From Candidatus Omnitrophota bacterium (GTDB lineage: Bacteria > Omnitrophota > Gorgyraeia > Gygaellales > JAHJCI01), in contig JBDRMR010000001.1 in assembly GCA_043812035.1 (NCBI GenBank), positions 58 to 64,057 on the forward strand: 64,000 nt of DNA, read 5' to 3'. A program made the translations under genes and the position numbers. Of this stretch, positions 41,833-52,755 are shown one piece after another (within the stretch, counting starts at the first letter, position 1; every line of letters begins with the position of its first letter). The notes below the pieces were generated by a model, which saw only the letters and a list, made by a program, of their open reading frames with translations, ran no database searches and was not told the DNA's origin.

Positions 41833-43053
41833 TCAAGAAAAATCTGCCCTCGCCAGAGACTTTAGCAGATTTTTCTTGACTCCCTCATTTATTCCCAATA
41901 ATTTTTTTGCCTCGGTTCTCGCCCACGCGTCTACGGCTAAAATCTCCTTCAGGCTCGGCTTATCTATCTTTTTATGACGGCCCGTTATCCGCGCAACTGT
42001 TTTAGGTATATCGGTAAACTGTATCCTTCTCTCTAAAAATGCGCCCACGGCGACTTCGTCAGCGGCATTCAATACGCAAGGCATTGAACCTCCCTCCCGG
42101 GCAGCATCGATCGCCAATCTCAAGCAAGGGAATCTCCTTAAATTCGGCTTCTGAAAATTTATATTCCTGAGTTTGAAAAAATCCAGGGGCTTAAGCTTGT
42201 TTGTAAAACGCTGCGGATAGGTAAGCGCATATTGAATAGGTATGCGCATATCGGCAATGGAAAGCTGCGCCAAAATCGTTCCGTCGATAAATTCAACCAT
42301 GGAATGAACTACGGCCTCGGGCTGAATTACCACCTCTATCCGGGATAAATCCACGTCAAACAGCCACATTGCCTCGATAATCTCTAACCCTTTATTCATC
42401 AGGGTTGCCGAATCAACGGTAATCCTCCTGCCCATATTCCAACGCGGATGACGCAGCACATCGCTGATGCTTATGCTTTTAAGCTGCTCGGAGTTATAAT
42501 TTTTAAACGGCCCGCCGGAAGCGGTAAGATAAACCCGCCTCAACTGCTTTTTGTCACTGTTCTCTAAGCATTGCCATATCGCCGACTGCTCGCTGTCCAC
42601 GGGCAGGATCCCGACGCCGTTCCTTGCAGCCAAGGGCATAATTATCGAACCGGCCATAACCAGAGCTTCTTTATTCGCCAAGATAACGGTCTTTTTCATA
42701 GAAACCGCCTTAAACAGCGGCATAAGCGCCTCAGCGCCCGAAACCGCCAAAACCACGGCATCGGCGCGGCTTTTTTGAATTAAATCCTGAAGTCCCCCGC
42801 GGCCGCTCAAAAGCCTGCAAGAGGCAGGCAAACTCGCCCTTGCCCTCTTCGCACAAAACTCATCCACCAGGCAAATCCATCCGGGTTTAAATTGCCTCGC
42901 TTGTTTTAATAAAGTAGTTGCGTTCGAATAGGCGCTCAGGCCGACAACTCTGAATTTATCGCCTAAAGACGCAATTACCCTCAGGGTATTCTGGCCGACG
43001 GAGCCAGTTGAACCCAATATCGCAATACGCTTCATATTCGGATTAGGTGCCAA
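41833..43053 (-). CDS. dxr: 1-deoxy-D-xylulose 5-phosphate reductoisomerase
   Basis: 406 aa. MKRIAILGSTGSVGQNTL NADPH-binding N-terminus. Confidence 0.95.
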   Translation of the reverse strand: MAPNPNMKRIAILGSTGSVGQNTLRVIASLGDKFRVVGLSAYSNATTLLKQARQFKPGWICLVDEFCAKRARASLPASCRLLSGRGGLQDLIQKSRADAVVLAVSGAEALMPLFKAVSMKKTVILANKEALVMAGSIIMPLAARNGVGILPVDSEQSAIWQCLENSDKKQLRRVYLTASGGPFKNYNSEQLKSISISDVLRHPRWNMGRRITVDSATLMNKGLEIIEAMWLFDVDLSRIEVVIQPEAVVHSMVEFIDGTILAQLSIADMRIPIQYALTYPQRFTNKLKPLDFFKLRNINFQKPNLRRFPCLRLAIDAAREGGSMPCVLNAADEVAVGAFLERRIQFTDIPKTVARITGRHKKIDKPSLKEILAVDAWARTEAKKLLGINEGVKKNLLKSLARADFS

Positions 43054-43843
43054 AATGCAGAACCCAAAAATAAAATACAGGAGCCGTAAATAAAAGGCTG
43101 TCTACGCAGTCCAAGGCCCCTCCCAGGCCGGGGAAAATATTTCCCGAGTCCTTAATCCCGCAGTCACGCTTCATCAGGGACTCGGACAAATCCCCGAGTT
43201 GACCCAACACGCCCAAGAAGAGACCGAGAATAAAAAGATGGGGATAAGAAAAATAAGGGGGCATGAAAATCTTGCCGGCCAAAGCCGCTAAAACGCTGAA
43301 AAGCAACCCGCCCAGAAAGCCTTCTCTGGTCTTGTTGGGGCTGATGCGCGATATCAGCGTATGACGGCCAAATCGGCTGCCGATAAGATAAGCTCCTATG
43401 TCGCCAACCTTGGTAATCAAAATCACGGTCGCCAACAGGCCTACTCCGTAACTCAAATATCTTACCTTAATTAAGAAACTCATAAACCAGGCTATATAAA
43501 ATACTCCGAATATAGTAGTGGAGAGGCTGATAATAACTCCGCTGTTTTCGTAGCGTTTGAATTGAATCAACATAAGAGACAAAAGCGCCAGGGTAATAAA
43601 CAAGAGCTCCCAGCCGCGGGTAATTTCGAAGCGGATACTAACCGACAGCAAAACTGTCAAACCGACGACTATGCCAAAATATTTAAAAATTTCGATGTCT
43701 TTTTTCTCAATCATCGTGAAGAATTCGTATAAGGCAAGGAGAGAGAAAGCGATTATTACAAAATTCGTCAGCCAGTTAACAGCTATAGAGACCCCCACGA
43801 GCAAAATCAGGATAAGCGAACTCGACAGCCGTTTTGCTATCAT
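43043..43843 (-). CDS. cdsA: phosphatidate cytidylyltransferase
   Basis: 266 aa polytopic membrane protein with the CdsA C-terminal signature region. uppS-cdsA order is conserved. Confidence 0.85.
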   Translation of the reverse strand: MIAKRLSSSLILILLVGVSIAVNWLTNFVIIAFSLLALYEFFTMIEKKDIEIFKYFGIVVGLTVLLSVSIRFEITRGWELLFITLALLSLMLIQFKRYENSGVIISLSTTIFGVFYIAWFMSFLIKVRYLSYGVGLLATVILITKVGDIGAYLIGSRFGRHTLISRISPNKTREGFLGGLLFSVLAALAGKIFMPPYFSYPHLFILGLFLGVLGQLGDLSESLMKRDCGIKDSGNIFPGLGGALDCVDSLLFTAPVFYFWVLHFGT

Positions 43844-44550
43844 ACCTCACCGAACCTTCTTTGCCTTTTTTGATAATCGCCGATAGCTTTGACTAAATCG
43901 TCTTTGGTAAAGTCCGGCCAATATTTTTCCGTAAAATAAAATTCCGTATAAGCTAATTCCCATAGTAGAAAATTGCTTATTCGTAATTCGCCGCTCGTCC
44001 TGATGAGAAGGTCGGGCTCGGGCAGGCTGGGATCGTAAAGAAAATCCGAAAATAGTTTCTCGTCCAGCTGAGACGGCTTGTATTTACCCGAACACGCCGA
44101 TTGCGCAAATCGCTTCGCCGCATCGACTATTTCAGCCCGGCCGCCATAGTTTAAAGCCAGGACAACGGTTAATCCGGTATTGGCCGCCGTTAGCTTCTGC
44201 GCCTCTCTAATTTTACTGATTATTTCCGGCAGCAGGGGTTCACTCCGGCCGATAACCCGAAAACGGAAATTATTTTTATGCAGCTCTCCGATTTCTTTGT
44301 TCAAAAAATTAGAAAACGCCCGCATAAGCATATTGACCTCGCTGCCGGGCCTCTGCCAATTCTCCGTAGAAAACGCAAATATCGTTATTATCTTAATGCC
44401 TAACTCGGATGCGTTCTTTACTATCTCTCTGATTCTCTTAATGCCGGCGTGGTGCCCGATGCTGCGGGCAAGTCCTCGCCGTCTCGCCCAGCGCCCGTTT
44501 CCGTCCATTATTATGGCTACATGTTTTGGAATGTTATTCTTATCTAGCAT
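43840..44550 (-). CDS. uppS: di-trans,poly-cis-undecaprenyl-diphosphate synthase
   Basis: 236 aa. HVAIIMDGNGRWA motif. Confidence 0.95.
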   Translation of the reverse strand: MLDKNNIPKHVAIIMDGNGRWARRRGLARSIGHHAGIKRIREIVKNASELGIKIITIFAFSTENWQRPGSEVNMLMRAFSNFLNKEIGELHKNNFRFRVIGRSEPLLPEIISKIREAQKLTAANTGLTVVLALNYGGRAEIVDAAKRFAQSACSGKYKPSQLDEKLFSDFLYDPSLPEPDLLIRTSGELRISNFLLWELAYTEFYFTEKYWPDFTKDDLVKAIGDYQKRQRRFGEV

Positions 44551-44594
44551 GTTAATCCTTAATCTTAATCGATATATCGTTTTGATGTTTAAGT

Positions 44595-46172
44595 TTACTG
44601 ATGCACCCGATAATCTATTTCCGGAAAAATATTGTCCTTGTATTCGATGTCCGAGAGCCAGGTCTCGTCGATAGAATCGGATTTAATCCCCTCGTACAGG
44701 CGCATAAATCTGAGCAAATGCTCTTTGGTTCTGCGCACGGCATAATCGGTATGGGTGCCGGTTGCCATAATAAAGGCCCAATCCGAACTTTGAGCGAGAA
44801 GCAACTCCCGCAAAAGTTGATTGAGGGCCCTGCGCAAAATCCCTTGCGCGTCGGGAAACCTGTTAACCATCTCGGTCATCCGATTGGAGGCTTCGTGCAG
44901 GTGGCGATATATCCAATCGTTTGAACCCTGCAGCCAGACTTCGCTGTAACCCTTCCAGCCCCAGCTGGACATCGAGGGAATAATAACCTGATTGCGCGGA
45001 TTCTGGGCAAGATACTCAGAGGGAGTTATCATTCTGATCGCCTTCTGGTCAAAATAGAGTTTGCGAATCAGAAAATCGAACCACAGCGGCCCTTCAAACC
45101 ACCAATGCCCGAACAGTTCCGCATCATAAGGAGAAACAATAATCGGCTTCTTGCCCATAATCCCGTAAAGATACTCTATTTGTCTGCACCGGTTGAACAT
45201 GAAATTTCCGGCGTGCTCCGCGGCTTTATCCCGAGCCCCCTGGGGAAGATAAGGCTGCTTGTCATTGTTCGTTCCGGTTATGCGGTAATATTTTATGCCG
45301 GTATTTATCCGGTGCCCGTCGGGATGTATATAAGCTTTTATGTAATCGTAGTCCAGGTCAAAACCGATATCACGGTAGAATTCTCGGTAGTAATAATCGC
45401 CGGGGTATCCTTCAACAGATGACCAGACCTGCTTTGAAGATTCCAGGTCCCTGCCGAAGCAGGCGACTCCGGATTTGCAGTAAACCGGAGCAAATACGCC
45501 GTATTTAGGGCGCGGCGTGCCGTGCAGGACGCCGTGCGCGTCAACAAAAAAGTACTTAAGCCCGGCCTCCTTAAGAATTTCGTCATCACCGGGATTATAT
45601 CCGCATTCCGGCAGCCAAATTCCCCTGGGCTTGCGCCCGAAAACCTGAGCGTAATGATTCGCGGCAACCTTAACCTGTGCCCGCAGCGAAGCTTTTATTG
45701 TTTCCATTAAAGGGAAAAAACCGTGGGTTGCGCCGCAGGTAATAATTTCCAGATTCCCCGTTTCCTGAAAATTCTTGAAAGCGAGAGATAAATTTCTCTG
45801 ATAACGCTCAAAAGTCTCTCTTGCTTTTAGAAAATGGCCTAGATACATATGAGCCAGCGAGTTGAACTCCGGTTGCCAGCGGGTGCGCTCCGTTTCCTTT
45901 TGAGCAAGCTCAATCAGTTTATTTATATGTTTTATGTATCTTTCCTGAAGCAGGCTATCGGCAAACATACTTAACAGGGTGGGGCTTAATGACAAGGTCA
46001 GGCGGAAGTCCACCTTATCCCTCAGCAGGCCCTCAAAAACCAAGATTAGAGGAATATAAGTTTCCGTAACCGCCTCGTAGAACCAATCCTCTTCAAGGAA
46101 ATCATCGTATTCGGGATGCCGAACAAAAGGCAAATGCCCGTGCAGCACTAAACATAAATATCCCTTATTCAT
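44595..46172 (-). CDS. glycoside hydrolase family 57 protein (alpha-glucan branching enzyme / amylopullulanase-like)
   Basis: 525 aa. LCLVLHGHLPFVRHPE N-terminal GH57 signature. Confidence 0.85.
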   Translation of the reverse strand: MNKGYLCLVLHGHLPFVRHPEYDDFLEEDWFYEAVTETYIPLILVFEGLLRDKVDFRLTLSLSPTLLSMFADSLLQERYIKHINKLIELAQKETERTRWQPEFNSLAHMYLGHFLKARETFERYQRNLSLAFKNFQETGNLEIITCGATHGFFPLMETIKASLRAQVKVAANHYAQVFGRKPRGIWLPECGYNPGDDEILKEAGLKYFFVDAHGVLHGTPRPKYGVFAPVYCKSGVACFGRDLESSKQVWSSVEGYPGDYYYREFYRDIGFDLDYDYIKAYIHPDGHRINTGIKYYRITGTNNDKQPYLPQGARDKAAEHAGNFMFNRCRQIEYLYGIMGKKPIIVSPYDAELFGHWWFEGPLWFDFLIRKLYFDQKAIRMITPSEYLAQNPRNQVIIPSMSSWGWKGYSEVWLQGSNDWIYRHLHEASNRMTEMVNRFPDAQGILRRALNQLLRELLLAQSSDWAFIMATGTHTDYAVRRTKEHLLRFMRLYEGIKSDSIDETWLSDIEYKDNIFPEIDYRVHQ

Positions 46173-46177
46173 AGTTT

Positions 46178-46253
46178 TAGCGTTTAGCGGACAGCGTATA
46201 GCGGATAGTGCGTTTCGATTTTCTATACGCTAACCGCTATACGCTCTACGCTA
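46178..46253. repeat. heptamer-based palindromic intergenic element (family B, copy 5); followed on plus strand by TTTTTT; abuts the GH57 start codon
   Basis: tagcgtttagcggacagcgtatagcggatagtgcgtttcgattttctatacgctaaccgctatacgctctacgcta, then tttttta. This last stretch overlaps the upstream gene stop. Confidence 0.7.
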
Positions 46254-46257
46254 TTTT

Positions 46258-47280
46258 TTATCTGGTTTCCTTTGTCACAATGGGAGTAATGCTTCTTTCT
46301 TGCTCGCCGTCCGAGGAGGTCGCTACAACTGGTATGACTTGTTTTCCATCGGGAAGGAAAAAGCGTAAACTGAAACTTCCGTCCGGCCTCAGGCTTACCG
46401 GCTGGCCGCCGACCGTCACCTTGGCGTCGGACTCGGTCTGACCGTAAACAATTAACTCCGTATTGACCATCAGCCAGAACCCTTTCGCCCTTTCTCTTTT
46501 TCTCACCGGGCTGGCTATTGAAGATACGGCTCCGGAAGCAAATTCCCTTTTTAATCTTTCCTTCCATAATTCTTTTAATTTAAGAGGAGAGCTACCCATT
46601 CCTACGCCCATCCCATAGAGCTTGGCGAACATTTCCTCGGGAATCATCCACTCTTCGTCGGTAATCCATGACGGGCCGTCAAGCGGCGTTGAAACCGTGT
46701 TAGAGCGGACTATGGTTATAAACCTCCCGTCGTTAAGAAACAGTCCCAAATCCACGCACCAGGAGCGACCCGCCCCCTGAGTGTCAATGTACCAGTTATT
46801 CGCTCCGGGGGTAATCTCGATATCGAAACAGCGGTGAGCGTTGCTTCCGTTAAAGATTATCTGGCTTATGTCGTATACCCGTAAAATCTTCTTAAAACCT
46901 CCGGAAACGATGGAAGGGAATTTTTGCTTCAGCCTCTCCCAGGTAGTTTCGGCAACATCCCAGTAAGCGTGAATCCACCACGGGTCGCGCACCTGAAGAA
47001 CAATCCTATCGCGGCTGTACTGCGCCGGCAGCTCGCGAGGCTCCGGATAAACCTTTTTTGCTTCCTCTACTTTTGGCGGAGTATAAAACTTAGATTCGCC
47101 GACGGCAACCTCAATCGGCACCTTCTTTTCGGGAGCTCCTGTCTTTGCAAAAACAGGCTTACGCCTGGTTGCTCTGGATGGCTTTATTCTTGTAACCTCG
47201 GCGTGAATCTTTCTGCTCTTCGACCCTTGGCTCATAACCTTTTTTATTCCTTCTTTGACTCTATGTAAAATTTTTCTCAT
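46258..47280 (-). CDS. hypothetical protein, DUF4912-like (often linked to glycogen/GH57 genes)
   Basis: 340 aa. Basic N-terminus. The RDPWWIHAYWDV motif is reminiscent of DUF4912. Not confirmed. Confidence 0.4.
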   Translation of the reverse strand: MRKILHRVKEGIKKVMSQGSKSRKIHAEVTRIKPSRATRRKPVFAKTGAPEKKVPIEVAVGESKFYTPPKVEEAKKVYPEPRELPAQYSRDRIVLQVRDPWWIHAYWDVAETTWERLKQKFPSIVSGGFKKILRVYDISQIIFNGSNAHRCFDIEITPGANNWYIDTQGAGRSWCVDLGLFLNDGRFITIVRSNTVSTPLDGPSWITDEEWMIPEEMFAKLYGMGVGMGSSPLKLKELWKERLKREFASGAVSSIASPVRKRERAKGFWLMVNTELIVYGQTESDAKVTVGGQPVSLRPDGSFSLRFFLPDGKQVIPVVATSSDGEQERSITPIVTKETR

Positions 47281-47621
47281 TCGGCACCTCCTTCTTCCGG
47301 TTCTTCCTTTAATTTAGCGGCTCTGTTAAGCTCTTCCTGCAACTGCGCTACTTGCCGATTAAGCTCTCTTTGATTCTCTTGGCAAACAGTTTCCTGTCGG
47401 TTGAGCTTTCCCTCTAATTGACTCACCTTTTGTTCTAATTCGGAATTCCGGCCGGATAAGGTAAGCATTTCCTCTTCCAGCTCCATCCGCTTCAGTCTCT
47501 CCTGGCCTACCAATCTCTTTTGCTTCGCAGCGTCCCGACAGGAGCTGGCTGTAGCTAATAAAAAAATTGCGGTGAGCAGACTTAGAATTAAAATTAGTTT
47601 ATTTCTCGCCCCTTCTCTCAT
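47277..47621 (-). CDS. small coiled-coil lipoprotein (putative)
   Basis: 114 aa. Signal peptide with LLATASSC lipobox-like cysteine. Heptad-rich Glu/Leu/Gln body. 4-nt overlap with the downstream ORF. Confidence 0.4.
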   Translation of the reverse strand: MREGARNKLILILSLLTAIFLLATASSCRDAAKQKRLVGQERLKRMELEEEMLTLSGRNSELEQKVSQLEGKLNRQETVCQENQRELNRQVAQLQEELNRAAKLKEEPEEGGAE

Positions 47622-47641
47622 AGTTCACCGCTCCCTCGTTT

Positions 47642-48322
47642 TTATTTCAAATTTGCTGCCGGCTCGGAAACCTTAACCTCGGCAGGTTTAACCTCCGAAC
47701 TTTTTACCTCCGGTTCTGCCGCCGCTGCCTTGACTTTGGTGACTTTAGGCAAAATGACAATCTCTACCCGGCGATTAAACTGGCGCCCTTCTTGGGTGTC
47801 GTTGGAAACCATCGGCCGATATTCGCCGTAGCCGATTGCCGATACGCGGTGCGGAGAAATCCCCCTCTCGTCAACGAGATAATGCAGCACGCTTAGCGCT
47901 CGGGCCGTGGATAATTCCCAATTCGATTTCCAGCCCGAATATTTAATCGGTTCGTTGTCGGTGTGCCCCTCGATACCGATGTTGTTCTCCGGAACGTTCT
48001 CGGTTAAAACAGCGGCAACTTTATCCAAGATAGGATATGCCTCAGACCTCAATTTAGCTTTCCCCGAATCAAATAAAACGTCCGCAACGAAAGTAATTAC
48101 TAAGCCTTTCTCCGCCCTTTCCAGGCGAACCTGCTTGTCGGCGATTTCCTGCTTCAATCTCTGCTCAAGCAAACGCCTGGTTTGTCCAAACTCGTCCAAT
48201 TGTTCGGACAACTCCTTGATTTTTTCAATATCAGAGCGCCTTCCCTTTTGGAAAACAAAAGCGCAACCGGAAAGACTTACTATCAGAAAGAAACTCGCCG
48301 CCACGGTCAATATTCTCTTCAT
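47642..48322 (-). CDS. OmpA/MotB-domain peptidoglycan-associated lipoprotein (Pal-like)
   Basis: 226 aa. Lipobox LSGC. OmpA-like C-domain (GHTDNEP...NRRVEIV). Confidence 0.8.
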   Translation of the reverse strand: MKRILTVAASFFLIVSLSGCAFVFQKGRRSDIEKIKELSEQLDEFGQTRRLLEQRLKQEIADKQVRLERAEKGLVITFVADVLFDSGKAKLRSEAYPILDKVAAVLTENVPENNIGIEGHTDNEPIKYSGWKSNWELSTARALSVLHYLVDERGISPHRVSAIGYGEYRPMVSNDTQEGRQFNRRVEIVILPKVTKVKAAAAEPEVKSSEVKPAEVKVSEPAANLK

Positions 48323-48422
48323 CCTTTACCTCCTAAAATAAAAAATTTTTTTAAAATCGGCTTTTCTAATATTTGTATTTATTCCACAGGTCTATGTTTT
48401 GAAGACTAATCCGGGATTAATA

Positions 48423-48453
48423 ATTATATATCATATAAAAGGTTATGGGTCAA
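48423..48453 (-). promoter_or_regulatory. candidate sigma70 promoter for the OmpA-like lipoprotein operon (-35 TTGACC, -10 TATATA/TATAAT)
   Basis: AT-rich 143-nt spacer. On the minus strand it reads ttgacc-N17-tatata with an overlapping tataat. SD AGGAGG lies at the gene start. Confidence 0.35.
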
Positions 48454-48465
48454 GAAAAATGTAGG

Positions 48466-49893
<1,428 letters not shown>

Positions 49894-49897
49894 TTTT

Positions 49898-51139
49898 TTA
49901 TGTATTCATGGTAAATATCTTTTTCGCGATATCGGGATATCTGGCGATAAATTTTAACTCGTCGTTAACCAGGGGCTTTTGATTATGGACGTTGGCGTAA
50001 CGCACCAATTCCAGAATCTTAACCGCCTCGTCCTCATCCTTGAACTCAACTTCCAATTTTTCAAAGACGTTCCTGAACCCTTTAATTCCGGAATACTCGC
50101 CTGCGGTAATCTTGCGGCCGGTTTCGATTATCTCCGGCTCCCCGCGGCCCAATTCTTCGAAATCGTAAAGCTCGTAATTGCGGCGGTCCTTTAAGGCTCC
50201 GTCGGCGTGAATCCCCGATTCATGAGCAAAGGCATTAGCTCCGACTCCCGGCTGGTTTATCGGTATAGGGACGCCGAACGCATAAGAGGCGTACTGGCAT
50301 ATTTTCCAGGCCATCTTCAGGTTGACCCGCTCATCTAAAGTATATTCCCCTTGTATCCCGCTGGCGTATTTTATCGCCAGAATAACCGCTATTAAGTCGG
50401 CGTTTCCGGCGCGCTCGCCCATTCCGTTAACGCAGGTATTGATGTAAGCATCGACCCCTCCGTCAACCGCTCCCTTTGCGCCCGCAACGGAATTAGCCAC
50501 TACCATGCCCAGGTCGTTATGGCAATGGATCTCTACGGGCAAGCCGACGTTTTGTGCCAGCGATTTTACCCGTTCATAAATCGAGAACGGAGAATCGCAA
50601 CCGAGGGTATCGCAATAACGGATGCGCTCGCCTCCGGCCTTCTTTGCCGCTTTGGCGAATCTTATCAGATAGTCCATATCCGTCCTGGAGGAATCCTCGG
50701 CATTTACCCCGATTGTCTTCGCCCCCAGTTTGCGTGCCAGGCGAACCGCCTGAGTCATCTCCGAAATTACCGATTCGTGGTTCAGTTTGCCTTTAAATTT
50801 GTATTTAATCATCTGGTCCGAAGTAGAAATCGAAAGATTAAGGTGTTTTATTTCGGGAACCAGATTAAAAGCGGCCTCCACGTCCTGAGCGGTCGCGCGC
50901 ATCCAGCCCCCTAAACGGATAGGGCTTAAAACTCCCATTTTAGCCAACTCTAAATTTGCGTTGAGGTAATTTGTCTCATGATAGGTAATCGGAAAACCGA
51001 ATTCCGACTGAAAAACCCCCATCTCGTTAAGATAAATATTAATCATGGTTTTTTCTAACTTTGACAGGCAGATTCGCGAAGTCTGAACTCCGTCGCGATT
51101 GGTCACGTCAATAATGTGAATTTTTGATTTTTTACTCAT
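49898..51139 (-). CDS. LeuA/HMGL-like family synthase, short form (homocitrate/citramalate/2-isopropylmalate synthase-like)
   Basis: 413 aa. DRE-like TIM barrel (VTNRDGVQT) and HxH metal motif (IHCHNDLG). Lacks the LeuA C-terminal regulatory domain. Confidence 0.75.
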   Translation of the reverse strand: MSKKSKIHIIDVTNRDGVQTSRICLSKLEKTMINIYLNEMGVFQSEFGFPITYHETNYLNANLELAKMGVLSPIRLGGWMRATAQDVEAAFNLVPEIKHLNLSISTSDQMIKYKFKGKLNHESVISEMTQAVRLARKLGAKTIGVNAEDSSRTDMDYLIRFAKAAKKAGGERIRYCDTLGCDSPFSIYERVKSLAQNVGLPVEIHCHNDLGMVVANSVAGAKGAVDGGVDAYINTCVNGMGERAGNADLIAVILAIKYASGIQGEYTLDERVNLKMAWKICQYASYAFGVPIPINQPGVGANAFAHESGIHADGALKDRRNYELYDFEELGRGEPEIIETGRKITAGEYSGIKGFRNVFEKLEVEFKDEDEAVKILELVRYANVHNQKPLVNDELKFIARYPDIAKKIFTMNT

Positions 51140-51147
51140 TTTTCACC

Positions 51148-52755
51148 TCATAAGAGTTTAATCAGCTTCACCGCCAGGATATTCTCGATGTTCCTAATCT
51201 TGCCGAGTAGCTCTTGAGGAATATTGCTGTCGACGTTTAATACGCTTATCGCTTCTCCGCCGGGCTCTCTGCGCCCAAAGGTCATGCTGGCGATATTGAC
51301 GTTATGCTGACCTAAAAGAGTTCCGAGATTCCCGATAATTCCCGGCTTATCCCAATTCTTTATCACAATCATATACCCGCAGGGAGAAAGTTCGACATAG
51401 AAATCGTCGATCTTAACGATTCGCGGTTGCCTGTTGGGCGACAGGGTGGCCTGAATCTCCCTTGTCTCTTTATCGGTATCTATTCTAACGGAGATTAAAT
51501 TGACAAATTCCTCTTCCTGCGACAACTTTGTCTCTTTAACCTTAATCTTGCGCGCCTCCGCCAAAGACAGAGCGTTTACAAAATTAACCGAATCTTCCAA
51601 TATGGGCGCAAGGATTCCTTTGATTAAGGCCATGGTTATAGGAGCGACGTCGTGCTGGGTTATTCCGCCGCTGTAACGTATGGATACCGACCTCAGCCGT
51701 CCCTCGCAAAGCTGGCTGCTGAAATTTCCTAACGATTGGGCTAAGTTTATATAAGGAGCGAGAGTCTTGTAAACCTCGGGTTCAATGCTCGGGTAATTAA
51801 CCGCATTGCGTATGCCTCTGCCGAGCAGATAATCGCGCACGCACTCCGCAATTTCAACAGCCACATTCACCTGAGCTTCTTCCGTAGAAGCCCCCAGATG
51901 CGGAGATGCTATCACGTTTTCAAACCTAAGAATCTCGGAATCCGGGTTGGGAGGCTCATGCTCGAACACATCCAGGCAGGCGCCGGCAATCTTGCCCTGC
52001 TTTATTGCCCTTGCTAACGCTTCCTCGTCGATAATGCCGCCCCGGGAGCAATTTATAATCCTCGCTCCCTCTTTCATTAAAGCGAATTCCTTATCGGAAA
52101 ACATATGCTGGGTGTTTTCTACAAGCGGGGTATGGACGGTAATAAAATCTGAATTCTTTAACAACTCCTCCAGCTCAACCATCGCTACTCCTAAACCCTC
52201 CCCTATATCTTTAGAAAGGTAAGGGTCGAACGCAATAACCTTCATTCCGAAAGAAAGCGCCCGCTTAGCCACTTCCGTGCCGATCCTGCCCAAGCCGATA
52301 ATGCCTAATGTCTTTTTATAAAGTTCCACACCCATAAATTTAGAGCGCTTCCATTCTCCGGATTTGACTGAGTTGTTTGCCTGAGGGATATTCCGCGCCG
52401 CCGCAAGCAGCATACTCATTGTGTGCTCGCAAGTGGAAATTGTGTTTCCCGCCGGAGCGTTCATCACCACTATCCCTCTTTCGGTTGCGGCATTTAAATC
52501 CACGTTGTCCAGCCCGACTCCCGCACGGCCGATAACCCGCAGTTTTCTGGCGGACTTGATAATCTCTTGCGTCACTTTGGTTGCGCTCCTTACTATAAGA
52601 GCATCGCAAACTGCTACGGCCTCTCTTAATTCCTCCGGTCTCAATTCCGTCTTAACCTCGACGGTAAATTCTTTTATATCTCTTAAAATCTTTAACCCTT
52701 CTTCAGAGAGCTTATCGCTGACTAAAATCCTCATGGACCATCGTCCTCCTGTCAT
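51148..52755 (-). CDS. serA: D-3-phosphoglycerate dehydrogenase (with C-terminal ACT domain)
   Basis: Full-length 2-hydroxyacid dehydrogenase plus ASB/ACT domains. Likely true start at MRILVSDKL (ATG 52732-52734). Confidence 0.9.
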   Translation of the reverse strand: MTGGRWSMRILVSDKLSEEGLKILRDIKEFTVEVKTELRPEELREAVAVCDALIVRSATKVTQEIIKSARKLRVIGRAGVGLDNVDLNAATERGIVVMNAPAGNTISTCEHTMSMLLAAARNIPQANNSVKSGEWKRSKFMGVELYKKTLGIIGLGRIGTEVAKRALSFGMKVIAFDPYLSKDIGEGLGVAMVELEELLKNSDFITVHTPLVENTQHMFSDKEFALMKEGARIINCSRGGIIDEEALARAIKQGKIAGACLDVFEHEPPNPDSEILRFENVIASPHLGASTEEAQVNVAVEIAECVRDYLLGRGIRNAVNYPSIEPEVYKTLAPYINLAQSLGNFSSQLCEGRLRSVSIRYSGGITQHDVAPITMALIKGILAPILEDSVNFVNALSLAEARKIKVKETKLSQEEEFVNLISVRIDTDKETREIQATLSPNRQPRIVKIDDFYVELSPCGYMIVIKNWDKPGIIGNLGTLLGQHNVNIASMTFGRREPGGEAISVLNVDSNIPQELLGKIRNIENILAVKLIKLL

